Positions 18,200-29,465 of a stretch of 64,000 nucleotides of DNA are shown here, piece by piece. Origin of the DNA: an uncultured Bacteroidota bacterium. Lineage in GTDB: Bacteria > Bacteroidota > Bacteroidia > Bacteroidales > VadinHA17. The DNA is taken from contig CALMJY010000238.1 of the NCBI GenBank assembly GCA_937864815.1, forward strand, positions 20,477-84,476, given 5' to 3'. The notes under the pieces are model-generated. The model did no database searches and was not told the origin of the DNA. It saw only the letters and a list, made by a program, of their open reading frames with translations. The position numbers were made by a program, and so were the translations under genes. Within the stretch, counting starts at the first letter, position 1. Each line of letters opens with the position of its first letter.

Positions 18200-18945
18200 A
18201 TATCAAGGAAGTCGAAAAGCTTTTAACAGATGTTAAGACAGGTAAAACAAGTGTGGATGATGCGCTTGAAGTATTGAGAAATTTCCCGTACACTGATCTC
18301 GGTTTTGCCAGGATAGATCATCATCGTGAGATTAGGACCGGATATCCCGAAATAGTTTACTGTGCCGGAAAAACAGTTGAACAGGTTAAGGAGATTTTCA
18401 GAGTGATGTCTGAGAGGGAAAATAATGCAGTCGGAACCCGGGCAAGCCAGGAGATGTACGATGCTGTAAAGTCAATAATACCTGAAGCAGTATATTTTAA
18501 AATGGCCAGGATAATATCTGTTCAGAAGAAAAAGCCTCATCCGCCTGACAGCCTTATCGCAGTTATAACAGCAGGTACTTCTGATATGCCTGTAGCCGAA
18601 GAGGCTGCAGTTACTGCAGAATTGCTCGGGAATAATGTTATAAGAATATACGATGCCGGTGTAGCAGGCATCCACCGCCTTGTTGATAAATTACCTGAAA
18701 TAAGGAAATGCAAGGTTGTTATTGTAATAGCGGGAATGGAAGGTGCGCTGGCCAGTGTTGTTGGAGGCCTTGTCGACAAGCCTGTAATTGCTGTTCCTAC
18801 CAGCGTTGGCTATGGAGCAAACTTTGGCGGGATCTCAGCGTTGCTTGCAATGCTTACAAGTTGTTCCTCAGGTGTAACTGTAGTAAATATTGACAATGGA
18901 TTCGGTGCTGCTTTTTCAGCAAGTATGATTAACAAAATTGAATGA
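18196..18945 (+). CDS. larB: pyridinium-3,5-biscarboxylic acid mononucleotide synthase LarB (AIR-carboxylase-like)
   Basis: N-terminal DLGFARIDHHREIRTGYPEIVY and a PurE-like half AVITAGTSDMPVAEEA...VIVIAGMEGALASVVGG. The start overlaps the larE stop by 4 nt. Confidence 0.88.
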   Translation: MNIKEVEKLLTDVKTGKTSVDDALEVLRNFPYTDLGFARIDHHREIRTGYPEIVYCAGKTVEQVKEIFRVMSERENNAVGTRASQEMYDAVKSIIPEAVYFKMARIISVQKKKPHPPDSLIAVITAGTSDMPVAEEAAVTAELLGNNVIRIYDAGVAGIHRLVDKLPEIRKCKVVIVIAGMEGALASVVGGLVDKPVIAVPTSVGYGANFGGISALLAMLTSCSSGVTVVNIDNGFGAAFSASMINKIE

Positions 18946-18954
18946 GTACCGGAA

Positions 18955-19560
18955 ATGACTGGAAAGATCCTTGTCTCTACAGCATACCTGCCTCCAGTTT
19001 CATACTTCTCTCTTATTAATAAGACAGATGAGGTTCTTATTGAAAAAGAGGAGAACTATATCAAGCAGACTTACCGAAACAGATGCTACATTCTTTCTGC
19101 AAATGGTATACAGGCTCTGTCAATACCTGTTCTGCTCGGTAGTTTTCATAAAACTGCTCTGAAAGATATCCGGATTGATTATTCCAGACGATGGCAGCAA
19201 GTTCATCTTGGAGCCTTAAATGCTTCATATAAATCATCCCCTTATTTTGAATATTACTTTGATGAGATTGCCGGTATCATATCTGCAAATCACGAATTTT
19301 TGCTCGATCTTAATGCGGAGCTTATGAAATTTCTGGTTAAAGCACTTAAGATTAAAACCAACATAGGTTATACAACCCACTTCGAACCTTTAAATTTCTA
19401 TCCTTCCGACTTCAGATATACCCTAACGCCAAAGAAGGAATTCAAAATGGAATACAGGGAATACTGTCAGGTCTTTGCCTCAGATAAAGGATTTGTTCCC
19501 GGATTAAGCATTGCTGACCTTCTCTTTAATGTTGGTCCTGATACTCAGGAATACCTGTGA
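18955..19560 (+). CDS. WbqC-like family protein (function unknown)
   Basis: ILVSTAYLPPVSYFSLI...EKEENYIKQTYRNRCYILSANGIQALSIPV...RRWQQVH resembles the WbqC-like family pattern. It lies 9 nt downstream of larB. Confidence 0.7.
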   Translation: MTGKILVSTAYLPPVSYFSLINKTDEVLIEKEENYIKQTYRNRCYILSANGIQALSIPVLLGSFHKTALKDIRIDYSRRWQQVHLGALNASYKSSPYFEYYFDEIAGIISANHEFLLDLNAELMKFLVKALKIKTNIGYTTHFEPLNFYPSDFRYTLTPKKEFKMEYREYCQVFASDKGFVPGLSIADLLFNVGPDTQEYL

Positions 19561-19570
19561 ATAAAAAACA

Positions 19571-19592
19571 GGCTGCCCGTTGACAGGCAGCC
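19571..19592 (-). terminator. intrinsic terminator for the barrel gene (hairpin shared by convergent genes)
   Basis: Stem GGCTGCC/GGCAGCC with an 8-nt loop. On the minus strand it is followed by TGTTTTTTAT. Confidence 0.6.
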
Positions 19593-19623
19593 ATAAAAAC
19601 AGGAAGTGTTCAAAGAATTATGA

Positions 19624-21111
19624 TCAAAATTTAAAAGCCATTGTAAGGGAGAACATATTCTTATTGGTTTCAATGTTATAATCAGCTGGTTCAAATGAAG
19701 AATCGAGACGATAAAGATACTTTAACTGTGAAGTTCTGTAATTAACATATCCAAAGTCAACCGACAGATTCCTTTCCCTGAATCCTACCCCCCCTGATAT
19801 TGTTCTGTAATCGAGATCTGAATTCTCCTCTCCTTCTTTAAAAGGCTGTCCGTAATACCCATAGCCTGTTCTGAAATAGAATTTATTAAGTCTGAATTCA
19901 CCTCCAAGACGGAAATTGTTTGTTGATTTGAGCGACTCCCTGATAGTGTTATTCTTATCGCTGTAATTATATCCGTCACCCGTCTGAAAGAAATATGCAG
20001 AATTGTAATCAACATATTCATAATCAGCGCTCAAAAGTGCAAATTTCTGTACCTGCACACCTACTCCTGCCAGAAATCTGAATGGTGTATTGAGAGCATA
20101 ATTAAATCTCATCGGATCATTATGGGCATGATATGTATCTCCGTCAGTGAACTTTGATGATATATCCTCATAAAAATATTCATCTATTTTATAGTATGTA
20201 GGTGTGTGGAAAGCCAAGCCAATCCTTAGCATCTCAACAGGTTTTGCAATAAGTCCGAATTTGAATGTGAAACCGGTTCCCCTGTCATCAAAATAATCAA
20301 TATAATCCAGGCTCTTAAATTTCGATGATAACATTACATCTGTAGTCTCCACATGCTCAAAATAGCTGCTGTAACGAAGCACATTTATCCCAAAAGTTGC
20401 CCCGAAAAATAATTTATTTGAATAATTACCGCCAAAGGAGATGGCATGTTCTCCAAGATACCCGTCATAATATATGGATCTCCTTACACTCTGTCCATAA
20501 ACAGACGGAGGATCATCACCATAATTTGAAAACACAGTTCCATATTGAGTTAAGGAACCTGACAATGAATCGATTATCCATGTGTCATATGCAATTGCCG
20601 CAACAGGAGCTTCATCACCAAGTTGAAATTTCGTCCATCCGTTTGCATCACTTACCCAGTAATCAGCAATTGAACTTGAATTATTAATTCCGGCAACCAG
20701 TATATCCTGATTCATATTATTCGTCATATTGAATGAGTATCCGAAATTGAATGAAATCAGTCCTGTAGAGCCATCATTCTTTATCATATTTCTTACAAAT
20801 CCACCTTGATTCAGGCTGAAGTTATAGAGATAATCTGATGTAGTTCCATCAAAGTTGGTTGTTGAACGTATATAATTTAACTGCGGTGTAATACTTAATT
20901 CGGATGATCTGTAGACTCCTATTCCTGCCGGATTCTGACTCAGGGTTGAAAGATCGGCTCCAAGAGCAGTAAAAGCTCCTCCCATCGAATTAAACCTTGC
21001 AGTGCCTGAATAGAAGACCTGTGAATATCTTAATGCGTCATCTAAATTCTGCGCTCTGATTATCCCTGTCACCAGAACGACTGATACTGCTATCAAAGCT
21101 GCCTTTTTCAT
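19624..21111 (-). CDS. outer-membrane beta-barrel protein, FadL/PorV/UPF0164-like
   Basis: Signal peptide (VSVVLVTGIIRAQ). N-terminal motif ARFNSMGGAFTALGADLSTLSQNPAGIG resembles FadL-superfamily hatch motifs. Alternating beta-strand pattern with Y/G-rich turns, and a C-terminal aromatic residue (MAFKF). Confidence 0.55.
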   Translation of the reverse strand: MKKAALIAVSVVLVTGIIRAQNLDDALRYSQVFYSGTARFNSMGGAFTALGADLSTLSQNPAGIGVYRSSELSITPQLNYIRSTTNFDGTTSDYLYNFSLNQGGFVRNMIKNDGSTGLISFNFGYSFNMTNNMNQDILVAGINNSSSIADYWVSDANGWTKFQLGDEAPVAAIAYDTWIIDSLSGSLTQYGTVFSNYGDDPPSVYGQSVRRSIYYDGYLGEHAISFGGNYSNKLFFGATFGINVLRYSSYFEHVETTDVMLSSKFKSLDYIDYFDDRGTGFTFKFGLIAKPVEMLRIGLAFHTPTYYKIDEYFYEDISSKFTDGDTYHAHNDPMRFNYALNTPFRFLAGVGVQVQKFALLSADYEYVDYNSAYFFQTGDGYNYSDKNNTIRESLKSTNNFRLGGEFRLNKFYFRTGYGYYGQPFKEGEENSDLDYRTISGGVGFRERNLSVDFGYVNYRTSQLKYLYRLDSSFEPADYNIETNKNMFSLTMAFKF

Positions 21112-21196
21112 TTGAAAACTGTTTATTTTTTATAAGACTATACCTGCACTCTTAAATTAGAATGACTCTTTTCAATATACAATACCGGTTATTAGT

Positions 21197-22570
21197 TTAC
21201 CTTCTTCCCGATGATGAACCACCTGATGAACTGTGCGAACCTCCACCTGATGATGAGCCTGAAGAGAATGATGATGAACCTGATGAGTATGATCCTCCGC
21301 CCGAATACGATCTTGACTCAGATCTTGATGAACCTGAATAATTTGAAGATGAAGATGGCCTACTATATGAACCTGATGAAATATTGCTGCCTTCTCCACT
21401 TCTCCTTGCAGGAACCGAATATTGCGGACTGCTGCCGGAACGTGATACAGAGCTCCTTGAACTATTATTATAAGAAGGATTGCTTCTGTAATTACTGATG
21501 CTACCCTGACCAGAACTTCCTGAAGGAGTCCTGCTGTAGCTTCCATTACTGTTTGAACGTGTACCAGCTTCAGAACCTATTGTTCTGCTGTTGTTATATG
21601 ATGGTCTTGTACTCATCCTCGGGCTGTTGTAGCTCGGCAGATATGTCCTGTTTGAATTCTTATACTCAGGTCGTGAGCTGACGGATTGCTGCTGTGATGA
21701 AGCACTGGTGCGGGAAGTTCCACCTTTTGCACCCTGGGAAATAGTCCGTCCTGCTGAAGATGTCCGATCAGTTGAAGATGTTGATTTTGATACACCTGAA
21801 CCACTGGCAGGATCTGTTCTTCTTGCGGTAGATGAAGCTGCAATATTATTACCTGAATAACTTCTTGAGCTACTTCCTGAACCTGATGCCCTGGTTGAGG
21901 TTGAAGCATCTCTCCTTGAATAACCACCACCACCGGCTGATGCTTTTTCTCCTGCTCTGGCAGACATTTCGCTCGGTCTCTCTCTCCGTCCGTAACTTGT
22001 ATAATAGTCATCATAACCATATCCCGGATAATATCCGCAGCAATATGCAGGATAATATGGATAATAACCATACCACGGATTATAATAAGGGGTATAATAT
22101 GGATAGCTGTAAGGCCATCCCCAATTGAAGCCAAAACTGAAGTAAGGATATCCGAAACCGAAACTAAAACCTGAATAAGGATATCCATAACTGAAACTTC
22201 CGTAATAGTATGGATCGCGCCAGTAAGGATCAAAATAATTCCCGTAGAACATATTTAATCTGCCGGAATATGAATCATAATAATCGTAACCTCCACCGTA
22301 GTTATTTATAATTACCTGATCATCATTCTGAACTGCCTCGGAAAACTGACCGGAAACAAGCGTATCAACTGCATACATATTATCATAATAGTCATCCGCA
22401 CTCAGATTCTGCTCTGATATCTCTTCCCTTGGAGCAGCCTGTTTCTTAACAGGAACATTATCTGATGATGAGTAGTAGAGATCATCATATTCTCCTCCGG
22501 CATACTTTGTTGATGAACATGATCCCAGTATTAACAGGAGAATGACTGATATGTATGCTAATGCTCTCAT
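21197..22570 (-). CDS. lipoprotein with aromatic/Gly-rich core and Ser/Arg/Gly low-complexity tail (unknown function)
   Basis: Lipobox LLILGSCSS. Core reads VIINNYGGGYDYYDSYSGRLNMFYGNYFDPYWRDPYYYGSFSYGYPYSGFSFGFGYPYFSFGFNWGWPY. About 250 aa of S/R/T/G/N tail end in ...GGSSSGRR. It is a paralog of the upstream gene. Confidence 0.7.
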   Translation of the reverse strand: MRALAYISVILLLILGSCSSTKYAGGEYDDLYYSSSDNVPVKKQAAPREEISEQNLSADDYYDNMYAVDTLVSGQFSEAVQNDDQVIINNYGGGYDYYDSYSGRLNMFYGNYFDPYWRDPYYYGSFSYGYPYSGFSFGFGYPYFSFGFNWGWPYSYPYYTPYYNPWYGYYPYYPAYCCGYYPGYGYDDYYTSYGRRERPSEMSARAGEKASAGGGGYSRRDASTSTRASGSGSSSRSYSGNNIAASSTARRTDPASGSGVSKSTSSTDRTSSAGRTISQGAKGGTSRTSASSQQQSVSSRPEYKNSNRTYLPSYNSPRMSTRPSYNNSRTIGSEAGTRSNSNGSYSRTPSGSSGQGSISNYRSNPSYNNSSRSSVSRSGSSPQYSVPARRSGEGSNISSGSYSRPSSSSNYSGSSRSESRSYSGGGSYSSGSSSFSSGSSSGGGSHSSSGGSSSGRR

Positions 22571-22721
22571 TATGGATTTGCATTTTAGTTATAAGATAGT
22601 TAGCGCAAATATTATACCAAATGAAGTGATTTCGGAGTTAATTTCATAATTGGGTAGCATCTTTTATTAGAACAATCTGATATAGTTTTTAAAGTTAATC
22701 TGTATTTCTATCACCTGACAC

Positions 22722-24371
<1,650 letters not shown>

Positions 24372-24416
24372 GACGAACCTGCCTTTCTTTTTTGGATATT
24401 AACTGAACTTTTTGTG

Positions 24417-24424
24417 TATTTTTG
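24417..24424 (+). promoter_or_regulatory. Bacteroidota -7 box (TATTTTTG) with upstream TTTG (24391-24394) for proS
   Basis: Exact TAnnTTTG match with a -33-like TTTG 22 nt upstream. The ATG lies 41 nt downstream. Confidence 0.5.
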
Positions 24425-24465
24425 CGCAATCTTTAACAAAGTTAAAACAAATAGCATACCAAAAA

Positions 24466-25941
24466 ATGGCGAAGTTCTTGACAAACCGGGAAGAAAATTA
24501 TGCACAATGGTATAATGACCTGGTTCTTAAAGCTGATCTTGCAGAGAATTCAGCAGTTAGAGGCTGTATGGTGATTAAACCATACGGCTATGCAATATGG
24601 GAAAAAATCCAGGCAGAGCTCGACAGGCTGTTCAAAGCTACAGGGCACGTTAATGCATATTTCCCTCTTTTCATACCAAAATCATTCTTCAGCAAAGAAG
24701 CTGCTCATGTTGAGGGATTTGCAAAAGAGTGCGCTGTTGTAACCCACTACAGGCTGAAGACCGACGAATCCGGCAAGGGAATTGTTGTTGACCCATCTGC
24801 TAAACTTGAAGAAGAGCTCATCATAAGACCTACTTCTGAAACAATTATATGGAATTCATACAAAAACTGGATCCAGTCTTATCGGGATCTTCCTATCCTG
24901 ATAAACCAGTGGGCAAATGTTGTAAGATGGGAAATGAGAACAAGGCTTTTTCTCAGAACTGCTGAGTTTCTCTGGCAGGAAGGTCATACAGCACATGCAA
25001 CACGCGAGGAGGCAATTGAGGAGACAGAAAAGATGATCAATGTCTATGCAAGTTTTGCAGAGAATAGTATGGCTTTGCCAGTAATTAAAGGCTATAAAAG
25101 TGAAAATGAAAGATTTGCAGGTGCTCTTGACACATTTGCTATTGAGGCACTGATGCAGGACGGGAAAGCTCTTCAGGCAGGTACCAGTCATTTTCTCGGT
25201 CAGAATTTTGCAAAGGCGTTTGATGTACAGTTCACTGATAAATCAGGGAAACTTGACTATGTGTGGGCAACATCCTGGGGGGTATCAACAAGGCTTATGG
25301 GAGCTATTATTATGGGCCATGCCGACAATAACGGTCTGGTACTTCCACCAAAACTAGCGCCCATCCAGGTTGTTATCATACCTATCTTTAAGAACAGTGA
25401 ACAGCTTGCCTCAATATCTGAAACTGCAATAAAAATTAAATCAGATCTTGAACAAAAAGGTATATCTGTCAAATATGATAACAGGGATAATAACACCCCT
25501 GGCTGGAAATTTGCTGATTATGAACTTAAGGGAGTCCCTGTTCGTCTTGCTATCGGTCCAAGGGACCTTCAGAATAAGACTGTGGAGATAGCCCGAAGGG
25601 ATAATCTTTCCAAAGAGACTGTTCCGGTTGAAAAGGTCAGTGAATTTATCCCGAAACTGCTTGAAGACATTCAGGCAAACATCTACCAGAAAGCATATAA
25701 TTTCAGGAAAGAAAATACTTTCCATGTTGACAAATGGGAAGATTTTGTGAGTAAACTAGATGACCAGGGTGGATTTATTATGGCTCACTGGGACGGTACT
25801 GCAGAAACTGAGGAAAAAATCAAGGATGAAACCAAAGCTACCATCCGGTGTATACCTTTTGACAGTCCTGATGAAGAAGGAAAGTGCATATACTCAGGAA
25901 AACCCTCGCGCCGGAGAGTGCTCTTTGCCAGATCTTACTGA
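24466..25941 (+). CDS. proS: proline--tRNA ligase (archaeal/eukaryote-like class IIa type)
   Basis: [27 protein letters not shown]..., [31 protein letters not shown], and a C-terminal zinc-type end ...[10 protein letters not shown] prefer the start at the ATG 24466, which lies downstream of the -7 box. Confidence 0.93.
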   Translation: MAKFLTNREENYAQWYNDLVLKADLAENSAVRGCMVIKPYGYAIWEKIQAELDRLFKATGHVNAYFPLFIPKSFFSKEAAHVEGFAKECAVVTHYRLKTDESGKGIVVDPSAKLEEELIIRPTSETIIWNSYKNWIQSYRDLPILINQWANVVRWEMRTRLFLRTAEFLWQEGHTAHATREEAIEETEKMINVYASFAENSMALPVIKGYKSENERFAGALDTFAIEALMQDGKALQAGTSHFLGQNFAKAFDVQFTDKSGKLDYVWATSWGVSTRLMGAIIMGHADNNGLVLPPKLAPIQVVIIPIFKNSEQLASISETAIKIKSDLEQKGISVKYDNRDNNTPGWKFADYELKGVPVRLAIGPRDLQNKTVEIARRDNLSKETVPVEKVSEFIPKLLEDIQANIYQKAYNFRKENTFHVDKWEDFVSKLDDQGGFIMAHWDGTAETEEKIKDETKATIRCIPFDSPDEEGKCIYSGKPSRRRVLFARSY

Positions 25942-25956
25942 TCTAAATAGATTACT

Positions 25957-25990
25957 ACAGGGACATTCATTCGATTGTCCCTGTTTCATT
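25957..25990 (+). terminator. intrinsic terminator after proS
   Basis: Stem ACAGGGACA/TGTCCCTGT with a 10-nt loop, followed by TTCATTT. Confidence 0.6.
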
Positions 25991-26048
25991 TAAATCGAAT
26001 TTTTACTACTTTAGATGTCTCAAATTTCATAAAAAACCTGCATCGGGT

Positions 26049-26759
26049 ATGTCAGATCCTAATGATAAAAAGATTGAGATAATAAATATACTTAAGGAGA
26101 AATCACTTCTTAAGCAGAAAGTGTATGACAATACATACCAGTCATTTTGTACTGTAAAAGAAGTACTGAAAGGTCTTAGCAAAGAGATCAATGTTAATCT
26201 TGCTGGTACTGATTCACGTATTAAACTAGAGTATACTGACAGGAGTAACTTTGATGCCCAGTTAAGAGTAGCAGGTGATATGCTTCTTTTCAGCATGCAT
26301 TCAAACATTTTCCAGTTTGACAGGGAACATCCGGCATGGAAGACCCCATATATTCAGAAGAACAAGTATAATGCCTATTCCGGTATTATCAATATCTATA
26401 ATTTCCTGGCTGACTCATTCAGGTATTCAAGACTGGATGATCTGGGTTATCTTATAGCCCGTATTTTCATCAACCATGAAAAACAGTACCTAGTTGAAGG
26501 AAAAAGGCAGATGGGAATGCTCTTCACAAACTATGGAAATGAAGAAATAAGTAAACAATCCTTACAGTTAATAATATCCACTGCTATTCAATATTCTCTG
26601 GAATTTGACCTTCTTGTTCCACCATATGATACTGTTAAAATTGCAACTGTTGGCCAGGTAGAATCAAAAATTCAGAGTTCAAGGGTAATTACGGGGAAGA
26701 GGCTTGGATTCCAGTTTAACTCGGACGATGTGCTTTTTAGCAATCCTAATGAGACCTGA
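26049..26759 (+). CDS. hypothetical cytoplasmic protein (no recognised domain)
   Basis: 236-aa ORF with no signal peptide. Codon usage resembles its neighbours, and its stop overlaps the start of the next gene by 1 nt. Confidence 0.55.
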   Translation: MSDPNDKKIEIINILKEKSLLKQKVYDNTYQSFCTVKEVLKGLSKEINVNLAGTDSRIKLEYTDRSNFDAQLRVAGDMLLFSMHSNIFQFDREHPAWKTPYIQKNKYNAYSGIINIYNFLADSFRYSRLDDLGYLIARIFINHEKQYLVEGKRQMGMLFTNYGNEEISKQSLQLIISTAIQYSLEFDLLVPPYDTVKIATVGQVESKIQSSRVITGKRLGFQFNSDDVLFSNPNET

Positions 26760-28693
26760 TGTGCATCCTTTTAAGGAAATATGGATCAGTAATTAAGCCT
26801 TTCATAATACTGGCTCTCAGCCTTATTTCACCCGAATCATTTACTCAGTACCGTGCAGTTGGTGATACTATAATTCTTATACCTACAGGTTCATATGTTC
26901 AGATAAAGGACAGTGTATCATATTTCTCAACAGATACTGTTTTATGGATTCCTGCGGGGACAGATCCATATGTAATAACAGAAAGGAATAAAGGGTTCTA
27001 TGATTCTCTTAAGATAAAAGCTTCAAGAAAACCTCTTACAAAAAAGTTATATGATTTTGTAATAATTGAGCCTGATCCTGAACCAAAAAAGGTAATAGAA
27101 AAAGAGAGTGATGAAAATTATATCAGTTATGCAGGGAGAAAAATACGAAAGATTGAGATAAAACGGCTTAATGTCTTCGGAACAAATATTAACAATCCGG
27201 GAGCAGAATCATCGGGTAAATCCGGAAATATTCTAAACAAAACTCATATTAATACCCTTGAGGTTATTATAAGGAAAAACCTGCTGTTTAAGCCTGGAGA
27301 TAATATATCGCCACTGGTACTGAGTGACAATGAAAGGATTCTGAGACAACTATCATTTATTGATGATGCCAGAATAATGGTTGTACCTGTTTCTGAAGAA
27401 GAAGCGGATATTATTGTTGTAACAAAAGATGTATATTCTCTTGGTGCCGGATATACTTACAGAGGATTTGAGAGAGGAAATCTTTCGGTTTTTGAAAAGA
27501 ATATTTTTGGAATCGGACATGAACTTGAGTTTGATTTTCCTTTCGACACAGAGAAATCTAAATATCCCGGAATTGGAGTCAGCTATCAGATTGACAATAT
27601 TAAAAAGACCTTCATTAACCTGAATACATTTTTCATGGATGGTCTAGGACAGACCAGTTACGGATTCAGCCTCAACCGGCCGCTGGTAAGTTCAACAACC
27701 AAATATGCAGGAGGTATTTCAGTTACACAGATGTATACTTCTGAAGATTTTGACACAATGGAAGTAGCAGAGCCTCTGAGTTATAATCTTCAGGATTACT
27801 GGATATCCAGATCATTCCTGTTTAACACAAAAGAAGTAAAAAGGATTATCGTGGGAGCCAGGTATTACAACAATAATATTTTTGAGCATCCTGAAATCTA
27901 CCCTGATTCATATTATAAATTTCAACAGTATAAAATATTCCTTGGATCTGTGGCATTTTCTCATCAGAAGTACTACAAAACCAATCTGATATATGGCTAT
28001 GGAAGAACAGAGGATGTACCCTACGGTGTAATGGTAAGGTTTACAGGTGGCAGGGAAATCAACGAATTTAAGACCAGGACTTATCTTGGTTCTGATATTT
28101 CCTTTGGAAAATCATTACATGAAATCGGATATTTCTACGGTTCCATGGCTATTGGAGGCTACCTGCTCAATAACGAGAAAGAGCAGGGTATTTTTTCAGC
28201 ACGCATGAATTATTTTTCAAACCTTCTGACCCCCGGAAAATTCAAGGTACGGAATTTTGTAACTGCAGAATATACACGTGGAGTTGGGAGATATTCAGAT
28301 GAATATCTGCGTTTTCTCAGAGAAAATGGTTTCACCGGATTCAGAAATGATTCAATCAGAGGCACTCAAAGGTTTTCTATCAGCCTTGAATCCGTACTCT
28401 TCAGCCCTTCAAATCTTTTTGGTTTCAAATTTGCATATTACGGATTTACTGATCTGGGTTTTCTTGCAGAATCTGATGAATTCCTTTCATCCGGCTTTAC
28501 TCTCTCAGCTATTGGCGTTGGAGTCCGTATCAGAAATGATAACCTGCTGTTCAATACACTGCAGATCAGACTGGCATTCTTCCCAACCAAGCCTGATTTC
28601 TCGAGGATAAGCAATGTTGTTGTCTCAGGAGAACAGTTGTTAAGGCCATATAACTTTGATCCCGGTCCTCCGGCAGTCATCCAGTATCGTTAA
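26759..28693 (+). CDS. Omp85/BamA-superfamily-like outer-membrane protein with a single POTRA-like module
   Basis: Signal peptide. A POTRA-like segment (IRKIEIKRLNVFGTN...VIIRKNLLFKPGDNISPLVLSDNERILRQLSFIDDARIMVVP...DIIVVTKD) is followed by about 400 aa of beta-strand-rich sequence. Confidence 0.5.
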   Translation: MCILLRKYGSVIKPFIILALSLISPESFTQYRAVGDTIILIPTGSYVQIKDSVSYFSTDTVLWIPAGTDPYVITERNKGFYDSLKIKASRKPLTKKLYDFVIIEPDPEPKKVIEKESDENYISYAGRKIRKIEIKRLNVFGTNINNPGAESSGKSGNILNKTHINTLEVIIRKNLLFKPGDNISPLVLSDNERILRQLSFIDDARIMVVPVSEEEADIIVVTKDVYSLGAGYTYRGFERGNLSVFEKNIFGIGHELEFDFPFDTEKSKYPGIGVSYQIDNIKKTFINLNTFFMDGLGQTSYGFSLNRPLVSSTTKYAGGISVTQMYTSEDFDTMEVAEPLSYNLQDYWISRSFLFNTKEVKRIIVGARYYNNNIFEHPEIYPDSYYKFQQYKIFLGSVAFSHQKYYKTNLIYGYGRTEDVPYGVMVRFTGGREINEFKTRTYLGSDISFGKSLHEIGYFYGSMAIGGYLLNNEKEQGIFSARMNYFSNLLTPGKFKVRNFVTAEYTRGVGRYSDEYLRFLRENGFTGFRNDSIRGTQRFSISLESVLFSPSNLFGFKFAYYGFTDLGFLAESDEFLSSGFTLSAIGVGVRIRNDNLLFNTLQIRLAFFPTKPDFSRISNVVVSGEQLLRPYNFDPGPPAVIQYR

Positions 28694-28712
28694 TAAGTGA
28701 ACAATAAATAAA

Positions 28713-28720
28713 TAATTTTG
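28713..28720 (+). promoter_or_regulatory. Bacteroidota -7 box (TAATTTTG) for peroxiredoxin
   Basis: Exact TAnnTTTG match, 36 nt upstream of the ATG at 28757. Confidence 0.5.
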
Positions 28721-28756
28721 TATATATATATAAATTAACTTTTAAAAACTGATATT

Positions 28757-29389
28757 ATGGCCGTTTTAGTTGGTAAAAAAGCACCCTCCTTCTCTGCAAC
28801 TGCAGTGATTAACGGAGGCGAAGTTGTTGAAGGTTTCTCTCTTGAGCAATATCTTAACAAAAAGTATGTAGTATTTTTCTTTTATCCGGCAGATTTTACC
28901 TTCGTCTGCCCGACAGAATTAATTGCCTTTCAGGATAAACTGAAAGATTTTGAAAAAAGGAAAGTAGCTGTTGTCGGATGTTCTGTTGATTCTCATTTCT
29001 CACACTGGAAATGGCTTCAGACCGAACCTAAGCAGGGAGGGATAAAAGGGGTAAAATACCCGATTGTCTCAGATCTCTCAAAAACTATTTCTGAGAATTA
29101 TGATGTACTGGCCGGTGGATATGTTTATTCGGATGAAGGCAATATTTCCTTTAATGGAACTCCAATGGCTTACAGAGGCTTATTTCTCATTGACAAAAAA
29201 GGTATTGTCAGGCACCAGACTGTAAATGATATGCCACTTGGCAGAAGTGTTTCAGAAACCCTCAGGATGGTTGATGCATTACAGTTCTTTGAAGAGAACG
29301 GTGAGGTTTGTCCGGCTGACTGGCATAAAGGGGAAAAAGGAATGAAGGCGACTCAGGAAGGTGTGGCAGATTATCTTTCAAAACATTAA
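28757..29389 (+). CDS. ahpC: typical 2-Cys peroxiredoxin (AhpC/Prx1 type)
   Basis: Peroxidatic motif FYPADFTFVCPTE and resolving motif GEVCPADW. Confidence 0.92.
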   Translation: MAVLVGKKAPSFSATAVINGGEVVEGFSLEQYLNKKYVVFFFYPADFTFVCPTELIAFQDKLKDFEKRKVAVVGCSVDSHFSHWKWLQTEPKQGGIKGVKYPIVSDLSKTISENYDVLAGGYVYSDEGNISFNGTPMAYRGLFLIDKKGIVRHQTVNDMPLGRSVSETLRMVDALQFFEENGEVCPADWHKGEKGMKATQEGVADYLSKH

Positions 29390-29410
29390 CAATTAATAAT
29401 ATTAATACAA

Positions 29411-29440
29411 AAGGTATCCCCAGAAGGATACCTTTTTTTA
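29411..29440 (+). terminator. intrinsic terminator after ahpC
   Basis: Stem AAGGTATCC/GGATACCTT with a 6-nt loop, followed by TTTTT. Confidence 0.75.
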
Positions 29441-29465
29441 TTTTTACAATTCATTATCAATTGTG

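Noticed and set aside
21172-22233. Alternative-frame and antisense ORFs (21172-21546, 21211-21498, 21613-22233, 21832-22128)
   Set aside because: They are produced by the low-complexity repeat composition of the 457-aa lipoprotein gene. Only the frame with a lipobox signal peptide and paralogy to the upstream gene is credible.
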